Assembly: GCA_951406725.2 (NCBI GenBank)
Contig: OX597826.1
Location: forward strand, 42,780,001-42,844,000
DNA: 64,000 nucleotides
Reading direction: 5' to 3'
Source of the DNA: Octopus vulgaris
Taxonomy: Eukaryota
A model generated the notes under the pieces. The model ran no database searches. It had not been told where the DNA came from and saw only the letters and a list, made by a program, of their open reading frames with translations. The translations under genes and the position numbers were made by a program. Positions 52,646 to 64,000 of this stretch are shown here, in pieces. The stretch's first letter is position 1. The number at the start of each line of letters is the position of its first letter.

Positions 52646-54266
52646 ACTTATGGGATGACCTGATATTTTGGATTAAATTTCTCTGGAATGAGAGAAACAG
52701 TGGACCTGTTTGAATGCTGATAACTTGGCATAGCTGACAGGACATTTAGCCTGTTTTAGTATACTTTTTGACACTGAAGAAACAAACAAACACACACACA
52801 GATGCATGTACAGAAACATACACATACAGATAGAAAGGAGGAGAGAGACATGTTACACATACAAACTTGAGACTCTTACTCAGAAAGAGAGAGAGAGAGA
52901 GAGAGAGAAAGTACAATTAATTTATTAATTGAACACAATTTACATAAATGATTTTCCTCTCCTGATACACAGAGACATATGCTCACAAGAAAAATATTGG
53001 TTTCCAAGGGAGGGAGTAAGTTGATTGCATCGACCCCAGTGTTCAACTGGTACTTATTTTATCGATCCCGAAAGGATGAAAGGTAAAATAAACCTTGACA
53101 GAATTTGAATTTGGAATGTGAAGTCAGAAGAAATGCTGCTAAACATTTTTCCCGGTGCAGTAATATTCTGCCAGCTTGCTGTCTTAGAAATGAGAGAAAT
53201 ATTAAAAATGTCTTATGTCAAGTCAATGATGCCAAAGAAGCGGCACCAAAATGGTCATGCTAAAATGTCTTATACTCAAATATCTCTTCCTGTTTATGGT
53301 TCTGAGATGAGTTATTGTGTAGAATTGTGAGAGCTATGTTGCTTAACCACATATCTGACAGTTTATCATGAAAGGCTTTCCAGCTGTGACCACCTTGTCT
53401 TTTTAGGATTTGATTCTCTGTCTCTTACCTTTCTTTAGGGTCGTGGCACTCTGTCGGTTATGATGACAAGGGTTCCACTTGATCCGAGCAACGGAACAGC
53501 CTGTTCGTGAAATTAACACGAAAATGGCTGAGCACTCCACAGACATGTGTACCCTTAATGTAGTTCTTGGGGAGATTCAGAATGACACAATGTGACAAGG
53601 CTGGCCCTTTGAAATACAGGTACAACAGAAACAGAAAGTTGTGGTGAAAGAGTACAGCAGGGTTCACCACCAACCCCTGCTGGAGCCTCATGGAACTTTA
53701 GGTGTTTTCGCTCAATAAACATTCACAACGTCCGGTCTGGGAAGTGATACTGTGACCCTATGACTGTGAGTTCATTGTTCTTCCACTCTTTAGGGTAGTA
53801 GTTTGTGATTGGAGAAATATTTGATTGCTATTTCTAGCAGATCAACTGACCATCAAGAGCAGCAGTTGTCAATTTCTTTTTATTTTGTAGCTCACAGGAA
53901 GTCAATTAGAGGAGCTGCACTTCAGATGGTTGTATGGTTAAGAAGCTCACTTTGCAATTACACGGTTTCATATTCAGCCCCATTAAGGTGCATCTTAGGC
54001 CTTGTGAGTGAATTTGGTTGATGGAAACTGATCCAAAGTCCATTACATGTGTGTGTGCACATCTATGAATTTGTTTATTACTATTTGGTAAACAGTCTTG
54101 GTTTGTTTCTGCTTGCAGCAAGAAGAGAACACTAAGCTATGTACCAGACTTAAATAAGTTCTGTGAATGATTTGCTCAATTAAACCATTCAAGGCAGTGC
54201 CTGTCCCAGTATGGTCATTGCTTAGTGACTGAAACAAGTAAAAGAAGGAACTATGTTTTAATGTTC

Positions 54267-54715
54267 AAGGCAGTGAGCTGGCAGAAACGTTAGCACGCTG
54301 GGCGAAATGTGAAGCCATATTTCGTCTGTCATTATGTTCCGAGTTCAAATTCCGCCGAGGTTGACTTTGCCTTTCATCCTTTTGGGGTCGATAAATTAAG
54401 TACCAGTTACGCACTGGGGTCGATGTAAACGACTTGATCCGTTTGTCTGTCCTTGTTTGTCCCCTCTATGTTTAGCCCCTTGTGAGCAATAAAGAAATAA
54501 GAAACGTTAGCACACCAGGCGAAATGCGTAGCCATATTTCGTCTGCCGTTACGTTCTGAGTTCAAATTCCGCCGAGGTCGACTTTGCCTTTCATCCTTTC
54601 AGGGTCGATAAATTAAGTACCAGTTACGCACTGGAGTCGATGTAATCGACTTAATCCCTTTGTCTGTCCTTGTTTGTCCCCTCTGTGTTTAGCCCCTTGT
54701 GGGTAGTAAAGAAAT
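54267..54715 (+). mobile_element. Tandem dimer of a second tRNA-derived SINE (Meta/MESC-like central domain)
   Basis: GAGCTGGCAGAAACGTTAG A-box, GAGTTCAAATTCC B-box, GTCGACTTTGCCTTTCATCCTTTCGGGGTCGATAAATTAAGTACCAG domain. Other copies at approx 5480-5690, 10650-11060 (dimer), 13555-13770, 45322-45555, 53010-53180(-), 58766-59515(-, split), 61365-61780. Confidence 0.78.
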
Positions 54716-55149
54716 ATATGTTTTATTGTTTAAAAATGTAGAAAACATATGGAAAATAACTGCTTACCTGGTTTCATGTCATCATCTTCATTAAATATTT
54801 GTTTTCCATGCAAACATGGGTTGGACAGTTTCAAAAGATATGGTGAGCTGCAGGGCTGCCTCAAGCCCCAATGCCAGCTTTGGCATAGTTTCTATAGCTG
54901 GATGCCTTTCCTAATGCCAACCACTATACAGTGTGTACTGGGTGCTTTTTATGAGGCATTAGCATATGTGAGGTTGTTGGGTGACTCACAAGACAGAAAA
55001 AGAAGAGGAACTCCCTAAGTGGTGGAGAAGTATTTGAGAGAGGGAAGGCAACTTTTATGCTAGGTGTGGAGGGGAAGGGTATGATACAGGGACAACCACA
55101 AGCGTCTTGCTCAAGATGAGATACACGACTGCACTGCATATACTTAGTT

Positions 55150-55790
55150 ATAATAATAATAATAATGAAATTATTGTATACAATGCTCAGGTGCACCACA
55201 ACTTGTCAAAAGTGTGTATAAAGCATATGCAGTAATGTACAGATGTCTGGAAAGCGAACAGTGTATGAGTCAGATACATGCTTGCATGTGTATAGAGGGG
55301 AGAAAATCAGGTGTAGTGTTGGCGAATCTCAGGAAGCATGGAAGTTTTGAAGGATGCAGTGCTCCGACAACTAACAACTGATGCCAGCAGTTTGTTCCAT
55401 GCTTCAGCAACTCTAGCGTGAAAAAATGTTTCCGAAAGTCATGAGAGCTGTGCTGTTTTCTGACTTTGTAAATATGTCCATGGGTGTTAGACGGGTGGAG
55501 TTTGAAAAGGTGCTCAGAGTTATTGTTTGTAAGATGGTTAATAGTTTTATGGATGTCTGCCAAGTCAGCTGCCAGATGTCGGAGTTTCAATGTATCGATG
55601 CCCAGGGAAGTAAGGCGTTCAGAATATGGCAAATGCCTGATGGAGGGTATTCTCTTGGTTGCACATTGCTGAACGGTTTCCAGACGATTAATATCCTGGG
55701 CAAGATAGGTGTTCAAGACCGGTGATGTAAATTCCAGGTGAGGTCGCACCATAGCTATATAAAGCCGCAGATAGACGGAGAGTGGCTCAC
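55150..55790 (-). mobile_element. CR1/L2-like LINE 3' fragment (second family, (ATT)n tail)
   Basis: LRLYIAMVRPHLEF...RLETVQQCATKRIPSIRHLPYSERL...HDFRKHFFT. Confidence 0.8.
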
Positions 55791-57119
55791 AAAGGACTTG
55801 GTGAGTGATGCCAAGACACCCTCTTAAGAACAGCCCATTTTTGTTATGATGCATATGAATTATTATGGATTTCTTAAAGCCTTAAATTATATTTTTAAAA
55901 ATCCGTGGTTCACCTTGATGCCCTTTTTGATGAACCAATGTACCACAGCAACTTGGAGGTTCCCTTGTTTATTCTTGGTTATAGATGTGTATGTTTGTGT
56001 GTAGATGTGTACGTTTGTGTATAGATGTGTGTAAAGTATGTACGTACTTGTGCGTTGTATATAAGTGTATGTATGTATGTGTGTGTGTCTCTGTGAGTGA
56101 GTAGAAGTTGAAATGAAAACATCCAGTAATAAATACGAGATTATTGGGTCAGCCCTGAAATTTTGTGTTGAAAGGTAGTGTCCAAGTTCTAATCCATGTG
56201 ATGATGAAAGCCATTCCCCTCCACATTCCAACAGCCAAAATTCAAAAGATGTTTACTTTTACTTTTCTTGAAGATTATTTGCACGCTTTATTCCATAAAT
56301 AAAATTTCTTTTCCTTCCTTTTTTACATTCACAGTTCACTCTTACCTTATATCAGTTAGACAATATTTATTTTTTACATAATATTACTTTAGACTTCCCA
56401 CTTACTTTATGCAAAACTAGATTCTCAACACGTATTCTATCTTTTTATTAGTTATACTTAAACATAGTCAACCTACTAAATACCGATAATTATAATTTTT
56501 TTAAAAACATTCTTATCTCCCCTACATTGTTATTTTCTAAAAAAAATACCATTCTTATCTCCCCTACATTGTTATTTTCTTAGCTTTTCGAATACCTTAC
56601 ATTTTCAGTTTCATTCTCCTGAAACGGTTTTTATTTTCAATATTTTTAGCCATAGCAAGTGTTTAATTTCTCAATTTCTGTAATATTAACAACTATACCT
56701 CTATTTTTATTTGTTTATCTTATATTTAACTCACACAAATGAATATAAGTTTTTACACTTAAATAATTTTTCCCCATTATATAGAGCTACTCTCTAATAA
56801 CTCTGTTCTTTTCGTTTCCATTTAAGTAGCCTAATAAAAACTATATTAACTAGTTTTTCATTCTTTATTCTTGAACAAAATTTATTTTTCGTTAAAAAGA
56901 ATTTATTTAAATATACATCATACCTTATATTACTTATACAACTTATAACTATCAAGTCATAACCTGATATCCTACTTCCTTGATAAATGCTTTATTTGGA
57001 GTGTATATTACTTAAATACTTATTTTTATATAGAAGGAATGTTTCTTGAACATCTTTGACTTATATTTTCAAATAACCATTAGCCGTGTCAGTTTTAGTT
57101 CTTTCACAATTAGACTCAT

Positions 57120-57645
57120 CATCGAAGGTGATGAAGTCGTTGGTTCCGACTGACATCTGGCAGCCAATATCTCTTGCGAGCGAGGACCTGGAAGATGTGG
57201 AGTCTTTCGTCTACTTGGGCTCAACGGTGATCCCAAACGGTCAGGGTGCAGCTGAGGTCGATCATCGCATCAATGCTGCTCGACCCGCCCAAAGCGGTGT
57301 CTGTGGGACCGAAGGGAGATCTCATCGGTGACCATAGGGCGAATATATCAAGCCGTCGTTCGTACAGTACTTCTCTATGGCTGTGAAACGTGGCCTATGC
57401 GGGTGGTCGATCAACGAAGGCTGGAAGTCTTCGACAATGACTGCCTCCGGTGCATTCTTCGCTGCCGTCGGGTTTGATCGAGTTCCCACCGCCAATCTCC
57501 GACTTCGCCTGTCTCTGCGGCCCCTTCCATCTGTCCTTCTGCAACGGCGCTTGCGGTGGTTTGGCCATGCATGTAGGCGTCCGGTGGGTGAACTGAGCTG
57601 TGATGTCCTTCTCCCAACTCCACTTCCCAACTGGCGGAAACTATG
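57120..57645 (+). mobile_element. RTE-like LINE fragment
   Basis: LEDVESFVYLGS, LLYGCETW, RRLRWFGHACRR motifs across frameshifts. Confidence 0.75.
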
Positions 57646-58834
57646 AACCAGTACCTCTTAAAAATAAGATAGCCCCCCCCCCCCCAAAAAAAATTGTTTG
57701 TTGTTGCTATTTAGAGATTGAATAATTGTTTCACTCAGATAAAAGTTTAACAGGAGATGCTTTTTACCTGAAACACCAAATAACATACCAGAGAGACAAA
57801 TTCTACAAAGAAAAAAGCATCAAATTAAAAGTTAATTGGAGAAGAAAGGGACATAATTTTGGTTTGAAAATAGTTATCTCCCTTAGTTAATTTTTTTTTT
57901 AAAGAGAGCTGATTTTCGGTATTTTTAGATTAAAATCAACAGGGAAACTATATCGCTAGCGCATGAAAAAAAAAAAAAAAAGATAGAGCTTTATAGCTTT
58001 TCAGAATATTTTAGCCATAATTTTTGCTCCCCGCTCGAACTATGAAATCATATTGACGTGAACTCAGTGATATATATATATACATTCACATAATTCATAT
58101 GAAGACGATCTGCGATAGGCTGTGAAACAGGTCGTCGGTTGATCAGGGCAATCCTTCTCGAATGTCTGTGACGGTCACCACATCTGGGACAGTGCAACAC
58201 ACACAAACACATACATTTTCAACCATTTCCAGAAAAAGACCTGTCAACTGATTGGCATAAAATCACTCACGGCCACCCTCCGACCGTGCCATCTCCTCTT
58301 TCTCTGTTTTACTCACTGCTACTTCATGGGCCTCTACTCTTTGGAGCTAACTAGGCTCATACCACTTCCACGTAGATGCTCCTGATTTATTGGTATCCCC
58401 TTATCTCACAGTCCATTTTGTTATGTTCTCCTACCACCCCACGGTTCTGCACAAAACACTATATCCTTCTTTCTTTCCTTCCTTTGCGTTCTTTTAATGT
58501 CCTTTCTGTCCATGTATGTATTAAATGAGTTAAGGGATCAATAATATCCTGCAAAGAACTATTATATTTCTCCAGAAGTGAAGCAAAGAAAATTATTTCA
58601 CCATTATTAATGTCATCTCATCTCATTCTGTCTTTGCCCATTTATTCCTCTTCTTTCACACTCCTATGAACTTATTTGCACATACCTCTCGATCCTCAAT
58701 CTGTGTTCTCCCATCTTTTTTCACCTTGAGAGTAAGCTCTGACACCTTGTGACCAATATCATTATCTTATTTCTTTATTATCCACAAGGGGCTAAACATA
58801 GAGGGGACAAACAAGGATAGACAAAGGGATTAAG

Positions 58835-59346
58835 CTGGAAGCTGTTCAGTGACGTGCAACCAAAAGAATACCCTCCATCAGGCATTTGCCATATCCTGAA
58901 TGCCTTACTTCCTTGGGCATGGACACATTGAAACTCCGACGTCTGGCAGCTGACCTGGCAGACACCCATAAAATTATCAACCATCGCACAAACAATAACA
59001 CTGAGCACCTCTTCAAACTCCACCCATCTAACACCCATGGACATATTTACAAAGTAAGAAAACAGCACAGCTCCCATGACTTCAGGAAACATTTTTTCAC
59101 GCTGAGAGTTGCTGAAGCGTGGAACAAACTGCCGGCATCCGTTGTTAGTTGTCAGAGCACTGCATCCTTCAAAATTTCCATGCTTCCTGAGATTCGCCAA
59201 CACTACACTTGATTTTCTCCCCTCGATACACACACAAGCATGTTCACTTTCCAGACATTTCTACATTACTGCATGTACTTTATATGCACTTTCTGACAAG
59301 TTGTGGTGCACCTGAGCACTGTATACACTAATTTCATTATTATTAT
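58835..59346 (+). mobile_element. CR1/L2-like LINE 3' fragment (second family) inserted into a SINE
   Basis: RKHFFTLRVAEAWNKLPASVVS; ATTAAG duplicated at 58829-58834 and 59347-59352 (candidate TSD); SINE halves lie on either side. Confidence 0.8.
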
Positions 59347-62300
59347 ATTAAGTTGATTAGATCAACCCCAGTGCGTAACTGGTACTTAATTTATCGACTC
59401 CGAAAGGATGAAAGGCAAAGTTAACCTTGGCGGAATTTGAACTCAGAATGTATCAGCAGACGAAATATCTCTAAGCATTTCTCCCGGTGTGCTAACGTTT
59501 CTGCCAGCTCACAGCCAATATCATCTTGCTTCCAGCTAATCCCACCTCATACATAATGTAAGGTAGCCATTTATCTCTTCTATAGCAAGACACCCATACC
59601 TGTTTCTCTATCATACAACTCCACTCAAATGAGGTGGTGCCCTCTTTTCTTTTGTGTTGGATGTTACTTGGCATCTTCACTAGGGCTGGTGCCACAAAGA
59701 AGGAAAAAAAATCACCCCAGCACACTCAGTAAAGTGGTTGCCATTAGGAAGGGTATCCAGCTATATAAACCATGCCTCAACAGACACTGTAGTTCAATGC
59801 AATTCTCCAGCTCACTAGGTCTTGTCAGACTGTCCGACCCATACCAGAATGGAAGGTGGACATTAAATGAGGATTATTGCTGTGTGTCCTTTTTATTTGT
59901 CATCATCATCGTTTAACGTCCGTTCTCCATGCTAGCATGGGTTGGACGGTTCGACCGGGGATCTGGGAAGCCAGAAGGCTGCACCAGGCTCCAGTCTGAT
60001 CTGGCAGTGTTTCTACAGCTGGATGCCCTTCCTAACGCCAACCACTCCGTGAGTTGAAATTCGTTTGTAATTATGTAAGTTGTTGGTTGCTTGCAAATAA
60101 CATCTCTCATTGTCTGTTTGATGTCAGAGATTATCTAGTTCAGTATATTTCATTTGAGGGTGACAAGTGATCTAAAATTCTTAACTTTACTCTGATGATG
60201 GTAAACCAACAATAAAAGAGTTTGACGATTCCTTCTTCTGGATTTCATTTCATACTATTCAAATTAGAAAAGGAGATCAAAGAATTAATTCCAACCAAAG
60301 ATTGATTCATTTTCAATCATTCCAGTTATTTGAGTCCATTTGTGATTAATAGTCTTTTCTTATGTTTGATTAGTTGTTTATTAGCATTGCATTCCTCATT
60401 TGCAGGTAGGTAGCATTTTGGAAGGTTTACAGGGAAAAAGAACACCTTTAACCATTTTGTTACTCAATTTCTAGTGAAGTTCATTACCCTTGTTTCAAAT
60501 AATTTTGAAAATCAATAATTTAGTAAAATATCTTGTTCATTAAAATGGTGTTTGAAACAAAAATTTAGATGAAATTTTGATGGAAGGTTTTTAATTTGTA
60601 TCACTCTAATACTTTTGTTAATGTATAATTGTTGAAATCATCATCATCATTTAATGTCTGTTGTCCATGCTGGGTTGGATGGTTTGACCAGAACTGGCAA
60701 GCTGCACCAGAATCCAGTCTGATTTGGCATTGTTTCTATGGCTGGATGCCTTTCCTGATGCCAACCACTTTACAAAGTGTGCTGGATGCTTTTACATGAC
60801 ACTGCAAGGGCACTTTTATGTGGCACTGCAAAGGTGCTTTTTACATAGAACTGCCCTGAGTGCTTTTTACCACCAGAGGGGCTGGTCTTATTACCTCTGC
60901 TGCAGAGTACAGGTCTTCTTGAGTACAGCAAGGCACCAGGCATTTTGATCCTCTGTCATCTTGACTGAAAGGTTCAGCATCCCAAGGTCATTCGTCAGTA
61001 CTTTGTCCCATGTCTTCCTGGGTCTTCCACTTCCATCCACTTTGAGAGATTATCTGCATCACATGATCAAACCAGCAATCTTCTCTTTTGCACACAGCAA
61101 CTAATTCCTTCATTTCAATTAATCTTGAAAATAATAAAGAATTCTATAAAATAGCTTTGAAATTATTAAGCTGGTATTTGAAACATACACTAAGTTGAAC
61201 TTTTGATAGAAGGTTCTGCTTTAGGTCACTTTAAATTAAGTTTGTATCACAAAACCAAGGACAGTCTCATGTGTGTTGGTTTCAAAAGAATTAGGCTTCA
61301 TTATAGCCTCATCTTCACAAGCGAAAGAAATAGTGGCCATTTATCATTCTTATTATTAAGATTAAGGTGGTGAGCTGGCTGAATCATTAGCATGCTGGGC
61401 AAAATGCTTAGCAGTATTTTTGTCTGCCATTATGTTCTGAGTTCAAATTCTACCAAGGTCGACTTTGCCTTTCATCCTTTCGGGGTCGATTAAATAAGTA
61501 CCAGTTATGCACTGGGGTCGATATAATCAACTTAATCCATTTATCTGTCCTTGTTTGTCCTCTCTGCATTTAGCCCCTTGTGGGTAGTAAAGAAATATGT
61601 ATTTTGTCTGTCTTCACGTTCTGTGTTCAAATTCTGCTGAGGTTGACTTTGCCTTTCATCGTTTTGGGGTCAATTAATGAAATACCAGTGAAAACACTGG
61701 GGTTGATGTAATTGACTAGTCCCTTCCCCCAAAATTCCAAGCCTTGTGCCTATAATAGAAAGGATTATTATTATTATTTTGACTTCTACAATGTACTTAT
61801 ATGGGTGTCTTGATTCAAACTGTATTGAGAGACATTAGTTTCTTCCAAATTATAAAGATTCTGTTTACAGATAATTTCTAAGAAAATGTACTTGATAATA
61901 AAAAAGGATCCAAGGGAGACTTCACTCTGAATAAGTTGTTGACAGTCCTCTACTTGTGTTTCTTTCTAATTTGTACATCATGTTGATAGGTCTAGCTACT
62001 TAGTCTGCAGATAATGTATCTCACATATAGTAACAACACTTAGATGATAATTTGATAAAATTTCTTAGATTATATATATGTTTTTCCGCCCTTGTTCTCA
62101 TATACATTCGATGCTTTTTTCCAAGGAATCTAATGCTCTTAGCTTAGTTTTTCCTTGGGGATGGCCAGATTGGAGCAATCTCAAGATTAATCAGCCGAAA
62201 TTGCGAGGATGATCTGGTTCTTGACTGAGGACCCGTCCTTGTCTTTTTGTATCGGCTATCTGGATGTTTTGTTGTCCCTTTTTGTATCATCTAGTTGTCC

Positions 62301-62425
62301 GGATGTTTTGCGTTCTTGTTCCATTTTGTATTTTATTTTATTTATATATATATCAGCGGTGGTGCCCCAGCATGGCTGCGGCCTTTGGGCTAAAACATTT
62401 TTAAGGATATATATATATATATATA

Positions 62426-62652
62426 CAGGGTTGGCCAACAGTCATCTGACAGTAAATCAAAATTCCATAAATACTATCTGTAATTCTGTATTGACTCGAA
62501 TGGAAAAATGTGTCGCTCAAGGACTTCAGTTTGGACAATTTTCATGATGTTTCATATTTAGATGCTTTTATTAAATTCATTCAATTGTTAAACATAAATA
62601 AATCTTGGAATTAAATGTTTTTGATTTACTGTCAAGTGACTTTTGGCCAACC

Positions 62653-62655
<3 letters not shown>
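62426..62655. mobile_element. Tc1/mariner-type MITE
   Basis: Imperfect ~37-bp TIRs CAGGGTTGGCCAA...GACAGTAAATCAAAA, TA on both sides. Confidence 0.85.
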
Positions 62656-62695
<40 letters not shown>

Positions 62696-62782
62696 TTACT
62701 TTGTCAAATGAAATACTTATTTATTCATATTGTTTTGAAGTGGTCATGTATTTTCTTGTAGCTTTGAGATTTTGATGATGTC

Positions 62783-63317
62783 ACCATCATCATTGTTTAA
62801 CGTTCGTTTTCCATGCTAGCATGGGCTGGACGGTTCAACTGGGGGTCTGGGAAGCCAGGAGGCTGCACCAGGATCCAGTCTGATCTGGTACTGTTTCTAC
62901 AGCTGGATGCCCTTCCTAATACCAACCACTCTGTTAGTGTAGTGGGTGCTTTTTACGTGCCACCGCCACAGGGGCCAGAGGAGGCTGGCAAACGGCCATG
63001 ATCGGTTGGTGCTTTTTACATGTTACCAGCATGGACGTCAGTCAAGGCGGGGCTGGCATCAACCATGTTTGGATGGTGCTTTTTACGTGCTACTGGCATG
63101 GGTATCACAACTACAATTTCCCTTGATTTTCATGTTGATGTAAATGTACTTGACTCAATAGGTTTCCTGAAGCACAGTGGGTCACCCTACGATCCAAGGT
63201 TAGCACAGCAGGCCGTCCTGTGAGCCATGAACTCACTTCATTTGTCGGGTCTTCGCAGTCACAGCATATCTCAGGGGTCTCGGTCTTTTTTCATTGCCTC
63301 TGTGAGGCCCAACGTGC
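62783..63317 (-). mobile_element. RTE LINE 3' terminus: last ORF2 codons, modular 3' UTR and (ATG)n tail; representative of the most abundant repeat here
   Basis: Begins TLGLTEAMKKDRD (cf. ORF2 end at ~42050-42090) and ends CCATGCTAGCATGGAAAACGAACGTTAAAC + ATG repeats. Truncated copies at approx 7718-8022, 12075-12275, 18090-18408, 30386-30645, 31344-31742, 37340-37888, 38640-38970, 39985-40243, 46168-46315, 48860-49075, 50005-50370, 59900-60052, 60640-61080. Confidence 0.7.
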
Positions 63318-63421
63318 TTACCAGTTTGAACATAAAACAAATAAAATATTTTGGCCTGATTCAGCTGGTTGAAATGTTAAAGGGTTAAACAATGATATGT
63401 GATATATATATATATATATAT

Positions 63422-63702
63422 ATGGAGGAGCAATGGACTCACAGTCAGAGCATCGCAGTTTCGATTCCCAGACCGGGCGTTGTGTGTGTTTATTGAGCGA
63501 AAACACCTAAAGCTCCACGAGGCTCCGGCAGGGGTGGTGGCGACCCCTGCTGTACTCTTTCGCCGCAACTTTCTCTCACTCTTTCTTCTGTTGGCCTGCT
63601 CGCTTAGCCAGCGGGGTGGCGTCATTTGAAGGCTAAAACAATGCGAAGTGCATTGTGACCAGCGATGTGTAGCAACATCTGATAGCCTGGTCGGTCATGT
63701 GA
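63422..63702 (+). mobile_element. Third tRNA-derived SINE family
   Basis: Head GGAGG(C/A)GCAATGG...GTTTCGATTCCCAGACCGGGCG, body TTTATTGAGCGAAAACACCTAAAGCTCCACGAGGCTCC. Copies at approx 245-550(-), 22100-22825(-), 38205-38575, 44453-44672, 48550-48775, 53440-53785(-). Confidence 0.72.
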
Positions 63703-64000
63703 TATATATATATATCTTCTATATGAAATATGGAAATTTGCAGGCTATACGAAATGCATTCCTGGTTGTTAACAAACTGTTATAGGTCATGGACAAAAAG
63801 CAGGTGCAGGCATATCTGTGTGGTAAGCTTGCTTCTCAATCACATGGTTTTGGTCCCACTGTGTAGAGCCTTGAGCAAGTGTCTTCTACTATAGCCCTAG
63901 GCCAACCAAAGGCTTGTGAATGGTTTTAGCAAATGGAAACTGAAAAAAGCGAAGACCTGTTGGGGCAAGTGAAATCGAAATTGAACCAAATTCGATGACC

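Noticed and set aside
56230-57085. Possible mitochondrial insertion (NUMT)
   Set aside because: Composition is mitochondrion-like, but I could not recognise any conserved rRNA, tRNA or mitochondrial protein motif.
60190-60222. CTGATGA-TGG-TAAA-CCA motif
   Set aside because: No GAAA after the hairpin.
62150-62235. Possible hammerhead around GGC...GCCGAAA and a downstream CTGAGGA
   Set aside because: Core elements are not in a foldable order or register.

Overview
AT-rich, microsatellite-dense animal genomic DNA. The SINE/LINE and (TA)n/(CA)n/(CAT)n landscape suggests an octopod cephalopod; this is pattern recognition, not a search result. One gene is well supported: a 4-coding-exon GM2 ganglioside activator (GM2A, ML-domain) on + at 33947-48231. 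It encodes 196 aa with a signal peptide and 8 conserved Cys, all introns are phase 0 GT-AG, there is a TATA-type promoter, and probably a non-coding 5th exon. Most of the rest is nested transposable elements: tRNA-derived SINEs; RTE, CR1/L2-like, R4/Dong-like and Tx1-like LINE fragments; mariner relics; a DD35D pogo transposase pseudogene; hAT, TTAA-type and Tc1/mariner MITEs; and non-autonomous Helitrons. The most striking unannotated signal is eight minimal type-I hammerhead-ribozyme motifs (three with intact cores) from several apparently distinct repeat families. Most sit in inverted-repeat elements typical of Penelope-like retroelement ends, one sits at the tip of a long rod-like hairpin, and one is at the 3' end of a tRNA-headed SINE. 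Two SINE families share their 3' tails with LINEs present in the window. Three isolated candidate exons of neighbouring genes are reported at low confidence. TE boundaries are approximate unless TSDs/TIRs are quoted.
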